Source of the DNA: Terriglobia bacterium
GTDB taxonomy: Bacteria; Acidobacteriota; Terriglobia; UBA7540; JAPUME01
DNA length: 64,000 bases
Direction of reading: 5' to 3'
Assembly (NCBI GenBank): GCA_963555835.3
Contig: CAUVWZ020000001.1
Span: forward strand, 825,540-889,539
Of this stretch, positions 37,237 through 47,138 are shown one piece after another; the stretch's first letter is position 1, and every line of letters starts with the position of its first letter. A program made the position numbers and the translations under genes. The notes under the pieces were generated by a model. It saw only the letters and a program-made list of their open reading frames with translations. It made no database searches and had not been told where the DNA came from.

Positions 37237-38793
37237 TTACTCCTTTCGCGCTTGCGTCGCTGATCGTCGGGCCCGAGTGAATCTGAATCCGAGCGCCAGT
37301 AGGGAACCCAGGCAGCAGACCCAGGCGAAAATGTCTCCCTGTTCAGTGTAGAAGGTCGTGTCTTTTCGATACTCGAAAGTTCCCGACAAGATGGACCTCT
37401 CAAAACGAGGTCCTCGCCTCAGGATTCGCCCGTAGGGATCGATCACGGCCGAGATGCCGTTGTTGGTAGCCCGCAGCAGATAGCGCCGGTTCTCAATCGC
37501 CCTGATCCGCGCCATGGCCAGATGCTGCTCCGCTGCCGACGATTCCCCGAACCAGGCGTCGTTCGATATGTTCACCAATACTTCGGCCCCGGCCCGCGCG
37601 AAGCGGCGTACCAGGTCGGGGAAAATCGCCTCGTAGCAGATGAAGATCCCGACCTTCCCTCGGTCGGTCTGCCCCACCTCGAACCCGTTGCCGGGCTGGA
37701 AATCTCCCACTTCTGATGTGATTTTCCCGATTTGATTCGGAAAACCCCAGGAGGGAACATACTCGCCAAAAGGCACTAAATGAATCTTATCATACTCAAG
37801 GAGGAGCCGCCCGTCGGGCCCGATCATCACCGCACTGTTGAGTGGTTTCGGCTCGTTTCCCTCGGTGAAATTTACGACTCCAAGGACCAGAAAAGCGCCG
37901 GCGCTTCGGGCCGAATTTTCGGCGAAATTCCGGAAGGCGGAATCCCGATTGAAATAAAGAGGAGCTGAACTTTCCGGCCAGATGAGAAGCGGGGGACGTG
38001 GGTGCCCGGCTTCGCCGACCCGCCGAAGCCCGGCTTGAAACATCTCTCTCCAGGCAGCGGTTTCAGTTGACCCCCTCGGAGAGGAACTCCCCGAAAGCGG
38101 CACATCCGGCTGAATCAGATAGACAGTCTCCGATCTCGGGTCCTGTTCAAAAGGAGGCGGAAGCAGGAGACGGTTGGCGGCGTAGAGAACACAAAGCCAT
38201 CCAATCGCCATCCATTTCACGCTGCGAGAAGGCTTCAGCAGCCCGGAAGCGGCCACCCAGGCTCCCGTGGCGACGGCCAGAAAAGACAGCCCGTAGACGC
38301 CCGTCAGGGTCGCCAACTGGCGAAGCCCCAAGGGCGTCACCGCATACCCGGCCAGATTCCATGGGAAACCGGAAATGATGTAGGTACGAGCGTATTCCAG
38401 GGCTACCCAGATAACGGGTGCGGAGGCGAGGGCCAAAACCTGCGAATGTTTCCCGAGCCACGCCAGTACAAATCCGAAGATTCCAAAATAGATCCCGAAG
38501 ACCAGCGCGAAAAGCAGCAGCGCCGCCAGGGCACTCAGGCGGGAAAGTCCTCCATAGTTTTCCACGACAGAGGCAAACCAGTAACAACTGCCGGCAAAAA
38601 AAACCACCCCGCCAAGGTAACCCCACAGAAAGGCCCGTCGTGGATTGGGCTCGGTGACCACCACGACCAACAGCGGCACCACGGCCACCCACACCAGTAC
38701 GGAAAGCCCCGGTTTCGGAAGGGACAGGAAAAGCGCTGCACCCGAGACGGCGCTCAATCCAACTCTGGTGAGGGCGCTATGGGGGAACCGCAT
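37237..38793 (-). CDS. lnt: Apolipoprotein N-acyltransferase
   Basis: 518-aa ORF with N-terminal polytopic membrane region and a C-terminal CN-hydrolase domain with the catalytic Cys context GIFICYEAIFPDL. Confidence 0.85.
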   Translation of the reverse strand: MRFPHSALTRVGLSAVSGAALFLSLPKPGLSVLVWVAVVPLLVVVVTEPNPRRAFLWGYLGGVVFFAGSCYWFASVVENYGGLSRLSALAALLLFALVFGIYFGIFGFVLAWLGKHSQVLALASAPVIWVALEYARTYIISGFPWNLAGYAVTPLGLRQLATLTGVYGLSFLAVATGAWVAASGLLKPSRSVKWMAIGWLCVLYAANRLLLPPPFEQDPRSETVYLIQPDVPLSGSSSPRGSTETAAWREMFQAGLRRVGEAGHPRPPLLIWPESSAPLYFNRDSAFRNFAENSARSAGAFLVLGVVNFTEGNEPKPLNSAVMIGPDGRLLLEYDKIHLVPFGEYVPSWGFPNQIGKITSEVGDFQPGNGFEVGQTDRGKVGIFICYEAIFPDLVRRFARAGAEVLVNISNDAWFGESSAAEQHLAMARIRAIENRRYLLRATNNGISAVIDPYGRILRRGPRFERSILSGTFEYRKDTTFYTEQGDIFAWVCCLGSLLALGFRFTRARRSATQARKE

Positions 38794-38887
38794 ACAGGAG
38801 GTGAGACCTCGGGTATCGAACGCCGGGGGCCGTCCCCGGCCACACGGTCAGGGAATGAATCGATTTCCGGCCCCGAGGGCAGATTCA

Positions 38888-39529
38888 CTACCTGCGAATG
38901 AAGGGATTGAAGCCTTCCTGGGAAAGCTTATCGCGCGATTCTTCGGCTTCCTCACGGGTCAGGAAGGGTCCCACCTGAACTCGGAACAGATTGTCGTTCG
39001 CCTCAGAGTATTGCGGCTGAACGATAAAGACGCGATAGTTCTTGCCCTTTAAGGCCCGATGGACCGATTCCGCATCTTTCTGCGCAAGCAGCGCGGCCAC
39101 CTGTACGGCGTACCCGTTGGGAACCGGTTGCGGCCCGCTTGACCTCTTATTCAAAACCGCTCGAGAGGACGGAGTCCGAGAAGAGGCGACCCTTGAGGCG
39201 GCCTTCGCGGTGAACGGTTTTTCGAGGCGCGCCGAAGCCTTCTTTTCCTGCTCGGAGCCGTTAAAGCTCAACGGGACTGTGCGGGTCTCGGAAGCCGCAC
39301 TCTTTGAACCTGCCTTTTGATCTCCGGCCGCAGTCGGGCTTTCGGCCGAAGAAGAAGCCGACTCGGAAGGCTTCAGAATATCCCAGCCAGGCAGGATGTT
39401 TTTCTCCTTGAATCCCACCAGAAAGCCCAGCGAGAAGAAGACTCCACACAGGGCCACGGCCCCCAAAAACATCAGCACCAGTTCCCGGGCGGAATAAGGC
39501 CGAGCGCCCGCTGCCATATCATTGTTCAT
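38888..39529 (-). CDS. SPOR-domain (septal peptidoglycan-binding) membrane protein
   Basis: 213-aa ORF with an N-terminal TM helix, a low-complexity linker and a C-terminal SPOR pattern YAVQVAALLAQKDAESVHRALKGKNY...FRVQVGPFLTREEAEESRDKL. Confidence 0.75.
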   Translation of the reverse strand: MNNDMAAGARPYSARELVLMFLGAVALCGVFFSLGFLVGFKEKNILPGWDILKPSESASSSAESPTAAGDQKAGSKSAASETRTVPLSFNGSEQEKKASARLEKPFTAKAASRVASSRTPSSRAVLNKRSSGPQPVPNGYAVQVAALLAQKDAESVHRALKGKNYRVFIVQPQYSEANDNLFRVQVGPFLTREEAEESRDKLSQEGFNPFIRR

Positions 39530-39662
39530 GATCTATTCCCCTTGCAATGGATTGGGCGGCCCCTCCCATCCGCTTGCGTTCACAAAAACTTGTAATTCAA
39601 CCCGCTTCTAATGCCAACCGTTGGTGAATCAAACCGGCCCGGCAGTCGCAGTTAAACATCGG

Positions 39663-40430
39663 CTACTTTTTCTCCGGCGCTTTCTTGTCTTGCCCGAACA
39701 GGTGTCCGAACATCTCAACGGGGAGCGGGAAGACAATGGTCGTGTTCTGCTCGGTCCCGATTTCGGTCAAAGTCTGCAGATACCGGAGCTGAATGGCCAC
39801 GGGCTCCCGTGCGATGGTCTCGGCGGCCTGAGCCAGCCGTCCGGAGGCCTGGTATTCTCCCTCGGCGTGAATCACCTTGGCGCGCCGCTCGCGTTCGGCC
39901 TCGGCCTGTTTCGAGATGGCGCGAACCATCTCCTGCGGCAGGTCAACGGTCTTCACCTCGACGCTGGTCACCTTGATGCCCCAGGCGTCGGTCCGCTGGT
40001 CCACAATCGACTGCAGACGGGCGTTGAGTTTTTCCCGTTGCGAGAGCAGCTCATCCAGTTCCGACTCGCCCAGAACGGACCGCAGCGTGGTCTGGGCGGC
40101 CTGGGATGTGGCATAGACGTAACGCTCCACCTGGATGATCGCGCTCTGGGCGTCCATCACGCGGTAGAACACCACGGCATTGACCTTCACCGTGACGTTG
40201 TCGCGGGTGATGATGTCCTGCGGCGGGACATCCAGGGTTACGATCCGCATATCCACCTTGACCATTTTATCGATCGGCCACAGGAGCAGGATCAGTCCCG
40301 GACCTTTGGGCTTGGGCAGCACCTTGCCCAATCGGAAGATGACACCGCGCTCGTATTCTCGAAGAATCTTTACGGAATTGTAGAACCAGATGGCGAAAAT
40401 CAGGATTCCGACTAAGGTCGGTGCACTCAT
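39663..40430 (-). CDS. SPFH/Band 7 (stomatin-like) protein
   Basis: 255-aa ORF with a TM anchor and the SPFH core ([12 protein letters not shown]..., TRDNVTV, RAEGE...). It overlaps the upstream NfeD gene by 4 nt. Confidence 0.85.
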   Translation of the reverse strand: MSAPTLVGILIFAIWFYNSVKILREYERGVIFRLGKVLPKPKGPGLILLLWPIDKMVKVDMRIVTLDVPPQDIITRDNVTVKVNAVVFYRVMDAQSAIIQVERYVYATSQAAQTTLRSVLGESELDELLSQREKLNARLQSIVDQRTDAWGIKVTSVEVKTVDLPQEMVRAISKQAEAERERRAKVIHAEGEYQASGRLAQAAETIAREPVAIQLRYLQTLTEIGTEQNTTIVFPLPVEMFGHLFGQDKKAPEKK

Positions 40431-41827
40431 TTTGTCTCTCCTTGTGGCGACAGTTGGGCTCCCTCGCTCGGATCCTCCAGCGACTCCACGACCAGGGTCA
40501 ATCCATCCATGGATTTCACTCGAATCGAGGCACCCTTGGGAATCTTCCCGCGGGATCGAGCATTCCAGATTTCACCTCGCACAAAAACGGTTCCCTGGAG
40601 ACTCAACTCGGTTTGGGTCACACCACGGGCGTCGATCATGCCGGCATCTCCCGTCAGGGTCTTCCGGCGGTGTGCGGCCAGCACGGCGCGCAATAGAATG
40701 ACCGTGATGATGCCCATCGGTATCGCCACGCCCAGGGCCGTCGCCAGATGAATTTGTGCCCCGGGCAACGGGGAATCGATCAGAATGAGGGCGCCGATGA
40801 TCATCGAGATGACTCCGCCTGTGGCAAGAATTCCGTGAGAGGCGATCTGGGCTTCCAAAACAAACAGGACCACAGCCAGCACCAGAAGCAGAACTCCGGT
40901 TCCGTTGATCGGCAGAAGGTTGAAAGCGAACAGGGCCAGGACCAGAGAAATCGCGCCCGCCACACCGGGAAGAATCAGTCCCGGGTGAGTGAATTCGATG
41001 TAGAGTCCGATCACACCCAGAGCCGCCAGCAGGAAGGCGATGTTCGGCTCCACGATTCGGGAGAGAACACGCTCTCGGCGGGTCATCGAATAGAGCTCGA
41101 CACGCGCCCCGGCCACTTGCATCACTGTAGTGCCATTGTCAAACCGCTGGATCGTTTTTCCGTCTAATTCCTCGAAAATCTCTTCAGCACTCGAGGCGAC
41201 AGCGTCGATCAGGTTTCCTTCAAGAGCCTCCTTCTCCGTGAAGGAACGGCTTTCGCGAACCCCCTCTTCCGCCAACTCGACATTTCGCCCCCGCTTGGAG
41301 GCGATGCTGCGAATGTAGGCCGAAATGTCGTTGACAATCTTTTTTTCCATCACCTCGGGGATTTTCTGTCCCCCCAGGAGCACCGGATGCGCGGCGCCGG
41401 TATTCGTACCCGGAGCCATCACGGCCACATCGGCAGCCAGGAGGAGGAAAAATCCTGCCGAGGCGGCCCGGCTCCCGCTGGGTGAGACGTAGACGATGAC
41501 CGGGGCCTCAGACTCAATCATTCCCTTGATCATCTCTCGCAGGGATTTTTCGAGGCCGCCCGGGGTGCTGAGCACGATCAGGACCGCCGCAGCGTTGATC
41601 TCATTCGCGTGGCGAATTCCCCGCAGCATATATTCCGCGCTCACCGGCTGGATCATATGATTCATGTTGATCTCAACCACGGTCGGCCGAACCACCTTGG
41701 GCGAATCCTCCGCCTGCGTGGACACCCCCGCGACGATGCCGACGACGGCAGTCGCCAGCACGACCTGGATTGCGAATCTCTTCCTGGCACAAGGCGTGTT
41801 CATAAAAAAGTTCGGCAGCCCATTCAA
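40427..41827 (-). CDS. NfeD-family membrane-bound ClpP-class serine protease (stomatin operon partner)
   Basis: 466-aa ORF with an N-terminal ClpP-like domain ([14 protein letters not shown]), a multi-TM middle and a C-terminal OB-fold NfeD domain. The start is TTG 41827 or ATG 41803. Confidence 0.8.
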   Translation of the reverse strand: MNGLPNFFMNTPCARKRFAIQVVLATAVVGIVAGVSTQAEDSPKVVRPTVVEINMNHMIQPVSAEYMLRGIRHANEINAAAVLIVLSTPGGLEKSLREMIKGMIESEAPVIVYVSPSGSRAASAGFFLLLAADVAVMAPGTNTGAAHPVLLGGQKIPEVMEKKIVNDISAYIRSIASKRGRNVELAEEGVRESRSFTEKEALEGNLIDAVASSAEEIFEELDGKTIQRFDNGTTVMQVAGARVELYSMTRRERVLSRIVEPNIAFLLAALGVIGLYIEFTHPGLILPGVAGAISLVLALFAFNLLPINGTGVLLLVLAVVLFVLEAQIASHGILATGGVISMIIGALILIDSPLPGAQIHLATALGVAIPMGIITVILLRAVLAAHRRKTLTGDAGMIDARGVTQTELSLQGTVFVRGEIWNARSRGKIPKGASIRVKSMDGLTLVVESLEDPSEGAQLSPQGETK

Positions 41828-43095
41828 TAACGGGCCGCTGCTTCCGAGGCGGATCCCTCTGCGGATACGGCTCGAGAGGGGAACAGCTCCTCCTGGGGAC
41901 GACGAAAAGGACGAGGGTTATACTCGACCGCGATTCTTGCTTCAAGCTCCGTTTCAGGCCGCAGCGTATTCCCCGCGGGGTTCTGCGCCGCATCTTCTGC
42001 TTCCCCGGGGTCGGCTTGCGATTCAGCCCTTGCCATCTGCCGAGCCACAATCCGGCTTTGCAGCCGCTGCGCCTCGGAATCATCCCCTCGAAGACGAAGG
42101 CACTCGCGGACGTAACGGGCGGCCTGATCAAATTGACTGGTCTTCCATAGAAGCAGGGCCAGATTAAAGTTCAAGTCGGCATCGTCAGGGTTCAGCCGGT
42201 AGGCGGCCACCAGATGCTCGATCGCTTCCGTGTGATTCCCCTTCCCGGCTTCCAGAACACCCAGGTTATTGTGTACCTCCGGGGAGTCCAACCTTTCGAC
42301 GAGCCGGCGAAACATGGATTCCGCCTTTTCAAATTCATCCATCCAGTAATGATTAATACCCTTGAGAAAGGTGGCTTCCAGGTACCGCTGGTTTCCCGGC
42401 TCCAATTTTTTCAACCATTCCAGGGAAGGAGCGTATTTCTTGTCCTCAAGGTAGAGCCGTCCCAACTCAAAAGCCGAGCGGCGCTCATGCGGGTCCAGTT
42501 GAAAAGCCTTCGTAAAGAAGCGGACCTGCACGTCCCAATCGTTCGCCAGCAACCCGTAGATGAGACTTTCAAAAGCGTCCAGCCGAACCGGAGGGAAACT
42601 CCGAACGAAATCACCCCTTTCCATTCCGAAAGTGGGGTCAAGGTTCCGCAACAGGCTCCATGCGAGCCGGGACTGAAGGCCCAACAGGTCATCGAGCTTG
42701 CCCTCTTCCCGAAGGATGGTTGTAATACGGGGCATGTTTATGTTTACCAGTTGAAGGCGAGCGGAAATCGTATCCCCATTCCATTCGAAAGCTCCCGTCA
42801 CGGCCCAATCCGCCTCGACCACCTGGGCCCCCTTGAAAAGGCTCGCCAGGGTCAGTCCGGAACCGGGGGGCAACCCCAGAAGTCCGAAACCCGAGCGGCG
42901 CTCCTCCCGACTCAACGCATAGGGAGTTGCCGACGACAGCCTCGACTGCAAGACCTCAGCGAAGCTCTCTGAAATCCAGTTGAGTTCCGGACGGCCGCTT
43001 AGATTTTCAAACGGGAATACGACCACGGTTTCCGCAGGTGGTGCACCGTACAAAGATGGGGTCAAGAGGAGAAGAAAAAAGACGCGGGTCCTCAT
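41824..43095 (-). CDS. Secreted TPR-repeat protein with an N-terminal LpoB/TolB-N-like module
   Basis: 423-aa ORF with a signal peptide, an N-terminal VVVFPFENLSGRPELNWISESFAEVL pattern, then several TPR-like repeats. Confidence 0.65.
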   Translation of the reverse strand: MRTRVFFLLLLTPSLYGAPPAETVVVFPFENLSGRPELNWISESFAEVLQSRLSSATPYALSREERRSGFGLLGLPPGSGLTLASLFKGAQVVEADWAVTGAFEWNGDTISARLQLVNINMPRITTILREEGKLDDLLGLQSRLAWSLLRNLDPTFGMERGDFVRSFPPVRLDAFESLIYGLLANDWDVQVRFFTKAFQLDPHERRSAFELGRLYLEDKKYAPSLEWLKKLEPGNQRYLEATFLKGINHYWMDEFEKAESMFRRLVERLDSPEVHNNLGVLEAGKGNHTEAIEHLVAAYRLNPDDADLNFNLALLLWKTSQFDQAARYVRECLRLRGDDSEAQRLQSRIVARQMARAESQADPGEAEDAAQNPAGNTLRPETELEARIAVEYNPRPFRRPQEELFPSRAVSAEGSASEAAARY

Positions 43096-43271
43096 AGTAT
43101 TTTCAAACCGCCTTCCCCCTCCGGTGAATTCATTATATCAGAACCCTCATTCGAGAACGGACGATTCCGACGACTCCCTACCCCCAGCCTGCCACAGGGA
43201 ACGGCGACGCTCTCTCAGGCAAAGATTCCATCTCAGGGCGATCGAGGCGACTTCACGGAATCAGGGGGCAC

Positions 43272-44090
43272 TCAGCGAACTGCGGTCGGGGGATTGGCAA
43301 GCAATTCGAGGTAGGGGGGGTACTCAGCCATCAAGAGAAGGTCGGAGTCCTCCTTGATCTTTCCAAAATCGTCGAAGCCGTCCTCCAGCGCCCGCCGCAG
43401 GTACCGCACCGCCTCGGGGAACCGGTTCATGGAAGCATAGATTCTAGCGACCTCGAAATACATTCGTTCGTCCCAGCTTCGAGTCTGCATCTCAGTTCCC
43501 ACGGTCCCGCTCCGCCCCAGGATACCCGAGTCCAGATTTAGGGCGATCCGGTATTCCTGGGCCGCTTCGGTGTACTTGTTTCTGTGGAAGTAGGCCGTGC
43601 CCAGGTTCAAATGGAAAGAGGAGTTATCAGGATCAAGCTGCAACGCTCGGCGGTAGTATTTCAGCGACTTCTTGTGTCTGCCGACCATGTAAAAAGTGGT
43701 GCCGAGGTTGTTCAGGGCCCGAGCGGATTTTCGGTCCAGTTGGTAGGCCCGCTTGTAGGCTCGTTGCGCCTGCCGCATATTCCCTTGAAATTGCCATGCG
43801 ACGCCCAACCGGTTCCACAACAGAGGGTCACGGCTCCCCGTCTTCAAGGCCTGCTGGTAGAAATCAATCGCCTCGTCGTACATCTTTCGGGCCATGTAAA
43901 GGTTGGCCTGCTGCTCAGGCCCCATGGCTCGTTTTTGAGGAGGGAAGAGTTCCTGATTGGGAGGGTTCTGTGTGGCTTCCTCACGAGCGGATAGGGCAGA
44001 ATTCCCGGGCTCTTCGGCCGTCGCCCACACTCCCGCCGCACCAACCAGACAAGATAGGAGAAACACTCGAGGGGAAACCATAATCTTCAC
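43272..44090 (-). CDS. Secreted TPR-repeat protein
   Basis: 272-aa ORF with a signal peptide and repeated TPR consensus (A..Y..AL.LDP.n..a..nLG). Confidence 0.7.
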   Translation of the reverse strand: MKIMVSPRVFLLSCLVGAAGVWATAEEPGNSALSAREEATQNPPNQELFPPQKRAMGPEQQANLYMARKMYDEAIDFYQQALKTGSRDPLLWNRLGVAWQFQGNMRQAQRAYKRAYQLDRKSARALNNLGTTFYMVGRHKKSLKYYRRALQLDPDNSSFHLNLGTAYFHRNKYTEAAQEYRIALNLDSGILGRSGTVGTEMQTRSWDERMYFEVARIYASMNRFPEAVRYLRRALEDGFDDFGKIKEDSDLLLMAEYPPYLELLANPPTAVR

Positions 44091-44129
44091 CCCGGGAATC
44101 CGGAGATGACCCTGATGAAAGTTAGTCGC

Positions 44130-46745
44130 CTATGGAAGGCCATCCCCAGGGTCGTTGGAGGTGGATTCGGCGGGGAGTTCTTCTCCTCTCGCCTCATCTT
44201 CAGGTACGCTTTCCTGCTTTTTGCGCCCGCCTCCAAATATGCCGAGAAATCTGCGAAATATGCCGCGCCGAGGCCTCCGTTGAGGACCGGTACGATCCCC
44301 CAGCCGAGAAGCGTCCTCCCCGTTGGAGGAGGGGACCATACCGGACGGAGTATAGGCTCCCCCGCCGGGAGACTCGGAATCCTCGGCTGTCAAAATCCGA
44401 TTGAGCACACCCGGAAGATTATAATCCGGCAGGGCAGGGGCAGGCTCGGTACCCTCGATAAATACCTCCACCGTAATGTTCGGCTCGTTCTCGTTGAGGA
44501 AGACCTCCTCAGGCACCTCGAACTCGGCAAAGACAACGCCGAGAGGTGGCTCGAAATCCTGTACATCCTTGTAGGCCGGAACCTCCGTAGCCCGCTTCAT
44601 GAATTCGGTCCATATCGGCAAGGCAGAACTGGCTCCGCTGAGCCCCAGTTCCCGGTCGTCATCATAGCCGACCCATACCGCGCAGATCAGGTTGCTCGTA
44701 TAACCCACGAACCAACCGTCACGCGAAGTGCCGGTCTTGCCCGCTGCCGGCGCGTTGAACCCTCTTCTCCGGACGCCTCCTCCCGTGCCCCGGTTGATTA
44801 CGCTTGCGAGCAGGTTGGTCATAATGTAGCTGATGCGAGGGTCGAGGACCTGTCGAATCTCGCGGGGGCTCTGCCAGAGGAATTCACCATCCTGATTCCG
44901 AACCTCTTCAATCGGGTACGGGCTGTGGTACTCGCCGTGGTTGGCAAAGACCGTATAGGACCCGACTATCTCGATGGGGGTGGCAACATAAGCTCCCAGC
45001 GCCACCGCAGGAGTCGCCTCAACTTCCCGATTGAACCCGGCCAGTGTGGCCAGTTCTTCCACCTTCCAGTAGCCGATGGTTTCGGCCAGCTTCACAGTAG
45101 CCACATTCAGCGAAAGCCTCAGGGCTTTCCGCAATGTGACGACGCCGTGATACTCCTGCATGTAATTTTCCGGCTCGTAGATCTCTTTGCCGAACTCGAA
45201 GCGCGTCGGCTCGTCCACGATCGTGCTGGCGGTCGTGATCAACGGGGTCGATCCGTCAATGGCTGAATTCAAAGCGGCGGCATAGACAAACGGCTTGAAC
45301 GAAGAGCCGGGCTGCCGTTTTGCCAGGGCATGGTTCAACTGGCTTGCGCCGTAGTTTCGTCCTCCGACCAGGGCCCTCAGGGCGCCCGTGTGCGGGTCGA
45401 TGGCTACCAGGCAGACTTGAGGCTGGAGGGGGTCGTCAGGCCGTTCGACCCGTCCCGCCTCCTCCAGGGCCTTCAGGCGTTCGTCCAAGGTCGCCATACC
45501 TATGCGGACCGCGTCCGAAGCCGCTTTCTGCAGATCCAGATCCAGTGTCGTATAGACGCGAAAACCCTGTGAGAGCACCTCCTCCTCGGGGAAGCGTCCC
45601 AACAACTGTTCGCGCACCAAATCGACGAGATAGGGGGCCTGGCTGGCCTCAAAGTTCTGGGGAGCCACCTCCAGGGGAGTGTTCCGTGCCTGCTCGGCTT
45701 CGATCGGATTCAGCGCCCCGATTTCCTCCATCTGGCCGATCACCATGTCCCGTCGAGCCTTGGCACGTTCCGGATGCTTGTAGGGGGCATAGATGTTCGG
45801 GGCTCGGATAATTCCGGCCAGAAACGCCGACTCCCCCAAGCTGAGGTTGCTGACTTCTTTGTCGAAATAGGCGCGCGCGGCCTCGCCAAAACCATGAATG
45901 CCGAAACTTCCCCGGTGCCCCAGATAAATCTGGTTCGAGTAATGTTCGAAAATCTCCTCTTTGGACAGGCGGGCTTCCAGAAGCAGGGATATGTAGATCT
46001 CCGCCAGCTTACGCTTGAGGGTCCTCTCACGAGTCAGGAAGAAATTTCGCGCCAACTGCATGGTAACGGTGCTGGTGCCTCGAAAGTCATTCATGGGGGC
46101 CACCAGGATGCGATAAAAATTAATCCCGAAGTGGTTAAGAAATTGACGATCTTCGGTGGCAATGACGGCATCCCGCAGCACTTTCGGGATGTCGGCATAG
46201 CGCACCAGCCGCCGCTTTGTCCGGCTGCGGCCGAACAGCGTCGTAATGAGCTCCGGCTCGAGCAGATACAGTGACCGCGGACGCCGGTCACCTCGGCCGA
46301 CAATGGAATCAATCTTCCCATCCCGGAAGTAGATTGTGGCCGCATTCCCTCCTTTATGGAAAGAACTCGGCCCGGGATCGATCTGAACAAAATCCTTCCC
46401 CACCTGATAGAAGCCCAGGGGGGAGCGCTCCACCCCTTCCGAATATCCTGCGCGCCGCAACCGCCTTGCGACCTCCTCCAGGGAGAACTCATAGCCGGGA
46501 GCCACCGCTGTGGGCGCCGCAAAGACCAGTGCCGTGCGATTGAAGACATCTCCGCTCAACCGCGCGTCAATCAGCCGGGAAAAACGAACGTAATAGTGGA
46601 GCAGCACAGCGCCGCTTAGCAGAAAAGTGAAAATGACCACCGCCACCAGGGCGCGCCAAAGCGGACTGCGATTTCGCCACGGCATTCGCCAGGTGGGTCG
46701 GGGTCCGCCGCCTCGTTTTCTTCTGGAATGTGTTCCGGCTGCCAC
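44130..46745 (-). CDS. Class A penicillin-binding protein (PBP1A; glycosyltransferase GT51 + transpeptidase)
   Basis: 871-aa ORF with GT51 motifs ATEDRQFLNHFGI and RKLAEI, and transpeptidase motifs SSFKPFVY (SxxK), SLN and KTGT. Confidence 0.9.
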   Translation of the reverse strand: MAAGTHSRRKRGGGPRPTWRMPWRNRSPLWRALVAVVIFTFLLSGAVLLHYYVRFSRLIDARLSGDVFNRTALVFAAPTAVAPGYEFSLEEVARRLRRAGYSEGVERSPLGFYQVGKDFVQIDPGPSSFHKGGNAATIYFRDGKIDSIVGRGDRRPRSLYLLEPELITTLFGRSRTKRRLVRYADIPKVLRDAVIATEDRQFLNHFGINFYRILVAPMNDFRGTSTVTMQLARNFFLTRERTLKRKLAEIYISLLLEARLSKEEIFEHYSNQIYLGHRGSFGIHGFGEAARAYFDKEVSNLSLGESAFLAGIIRAPNIYAPYKHPERAKARRDMVIGQMEEIGALNPIEAEQARNTPLEVAPQNFEASQAPYLVDLVREQLLGRFPEEEVLSQGFRVYTTLDLDLQKAASDAVRIGMATLDERLKALEEAGRVERPDDPLQPQVCLVAIDPHTGALRALVGGRNYGASQLNHALAKRQPGSSFKPFVYAAALNSAIDGSTPLITTASTIVDEPTRFEFGKEIYEPENYMQEYHGVVTLRKALRLSLNVATVKLAETIGYWKVEELATLAGFNREVEATPAVALGAYVATPIEIVGSYTVFANHGEYHSPYPIEEVRNQDGEFLWQSPREIRQVLDPRISYIMTNLLASVINRGTGGGVRRRGFNAPAAGKTGTSRDGWFVGYTSNLICAVWVGYDDDRELGLSGASSALPIWTEFMKRATEVPAYKDVQDFEPPLGVVFAEFEVPEEVFLNENEPNITVEVFIEGTEPAPALPDYNLPGVLNRILTAEDSESPGGGAYTPSGMVPSSNGEDASRLGDRTGPQRRPRRGIFRRFLGIFGGGRKKQESVPEDEARGEELPAESTSNDPGDGLP

Positions 46746-46748
46746 GGG

Positions 46749-47111
46749 TTATAATCCCCGGTTTACGCTGGATGGACTGAAGTGGAGTTGAAACGTATGA
46801 ACTTTTAGATCGACCGGTACGGTGTAGTGGACGGCGATAGAAACCCTCTTAAAGCTTACTTCGACCTGGACTTGATCGCGTGTAACGGGCAGATCGAGGG
46901 CGATTGCTTCTTCCAAGATGTGATTCACGACCATTTCAGCCGGCCAACGGTGAACCGTGGCCTGGAGCGCCTCCTGGCGAAGCGTGTCCCTGAGCTGGAA
47001 ATTGCCGATGTAGGCAGGGAGCAACTTCATAAACAGAAAAGCGGCCAAACCCCACAACAAGAGGGCAGAAAGACCTTTTAGCCTGACCCCGCCTTTTTCC
47101 GAGATTCGCAT
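46749..47111 (-). CDS. Small membrane-anchored hypothetical protein (DUF4845-like?)
   Basis: ORF 46749..47123. It has an N-terminal TM helix LSALLLWGLAAFLFMKLLPAY and lies tightly upstream of the PBP1A gene. The family guess is weak. Confidence 0.45.
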   Translation of the reverse strand: MRISEKGGVRLKGLSALLLWGLAAFLFMKLLPAYIGNFQLRDTLRQEALQATVHRWPAEMVVNHILEEAIALDLPVTRDQVQVEVSFKRVSIAVHYTVPVDLKVHTFQLHFSPSSVNRGL

Positions 47112-47138
47112 TTCACCCCACACAAACCGATTGCAGTT

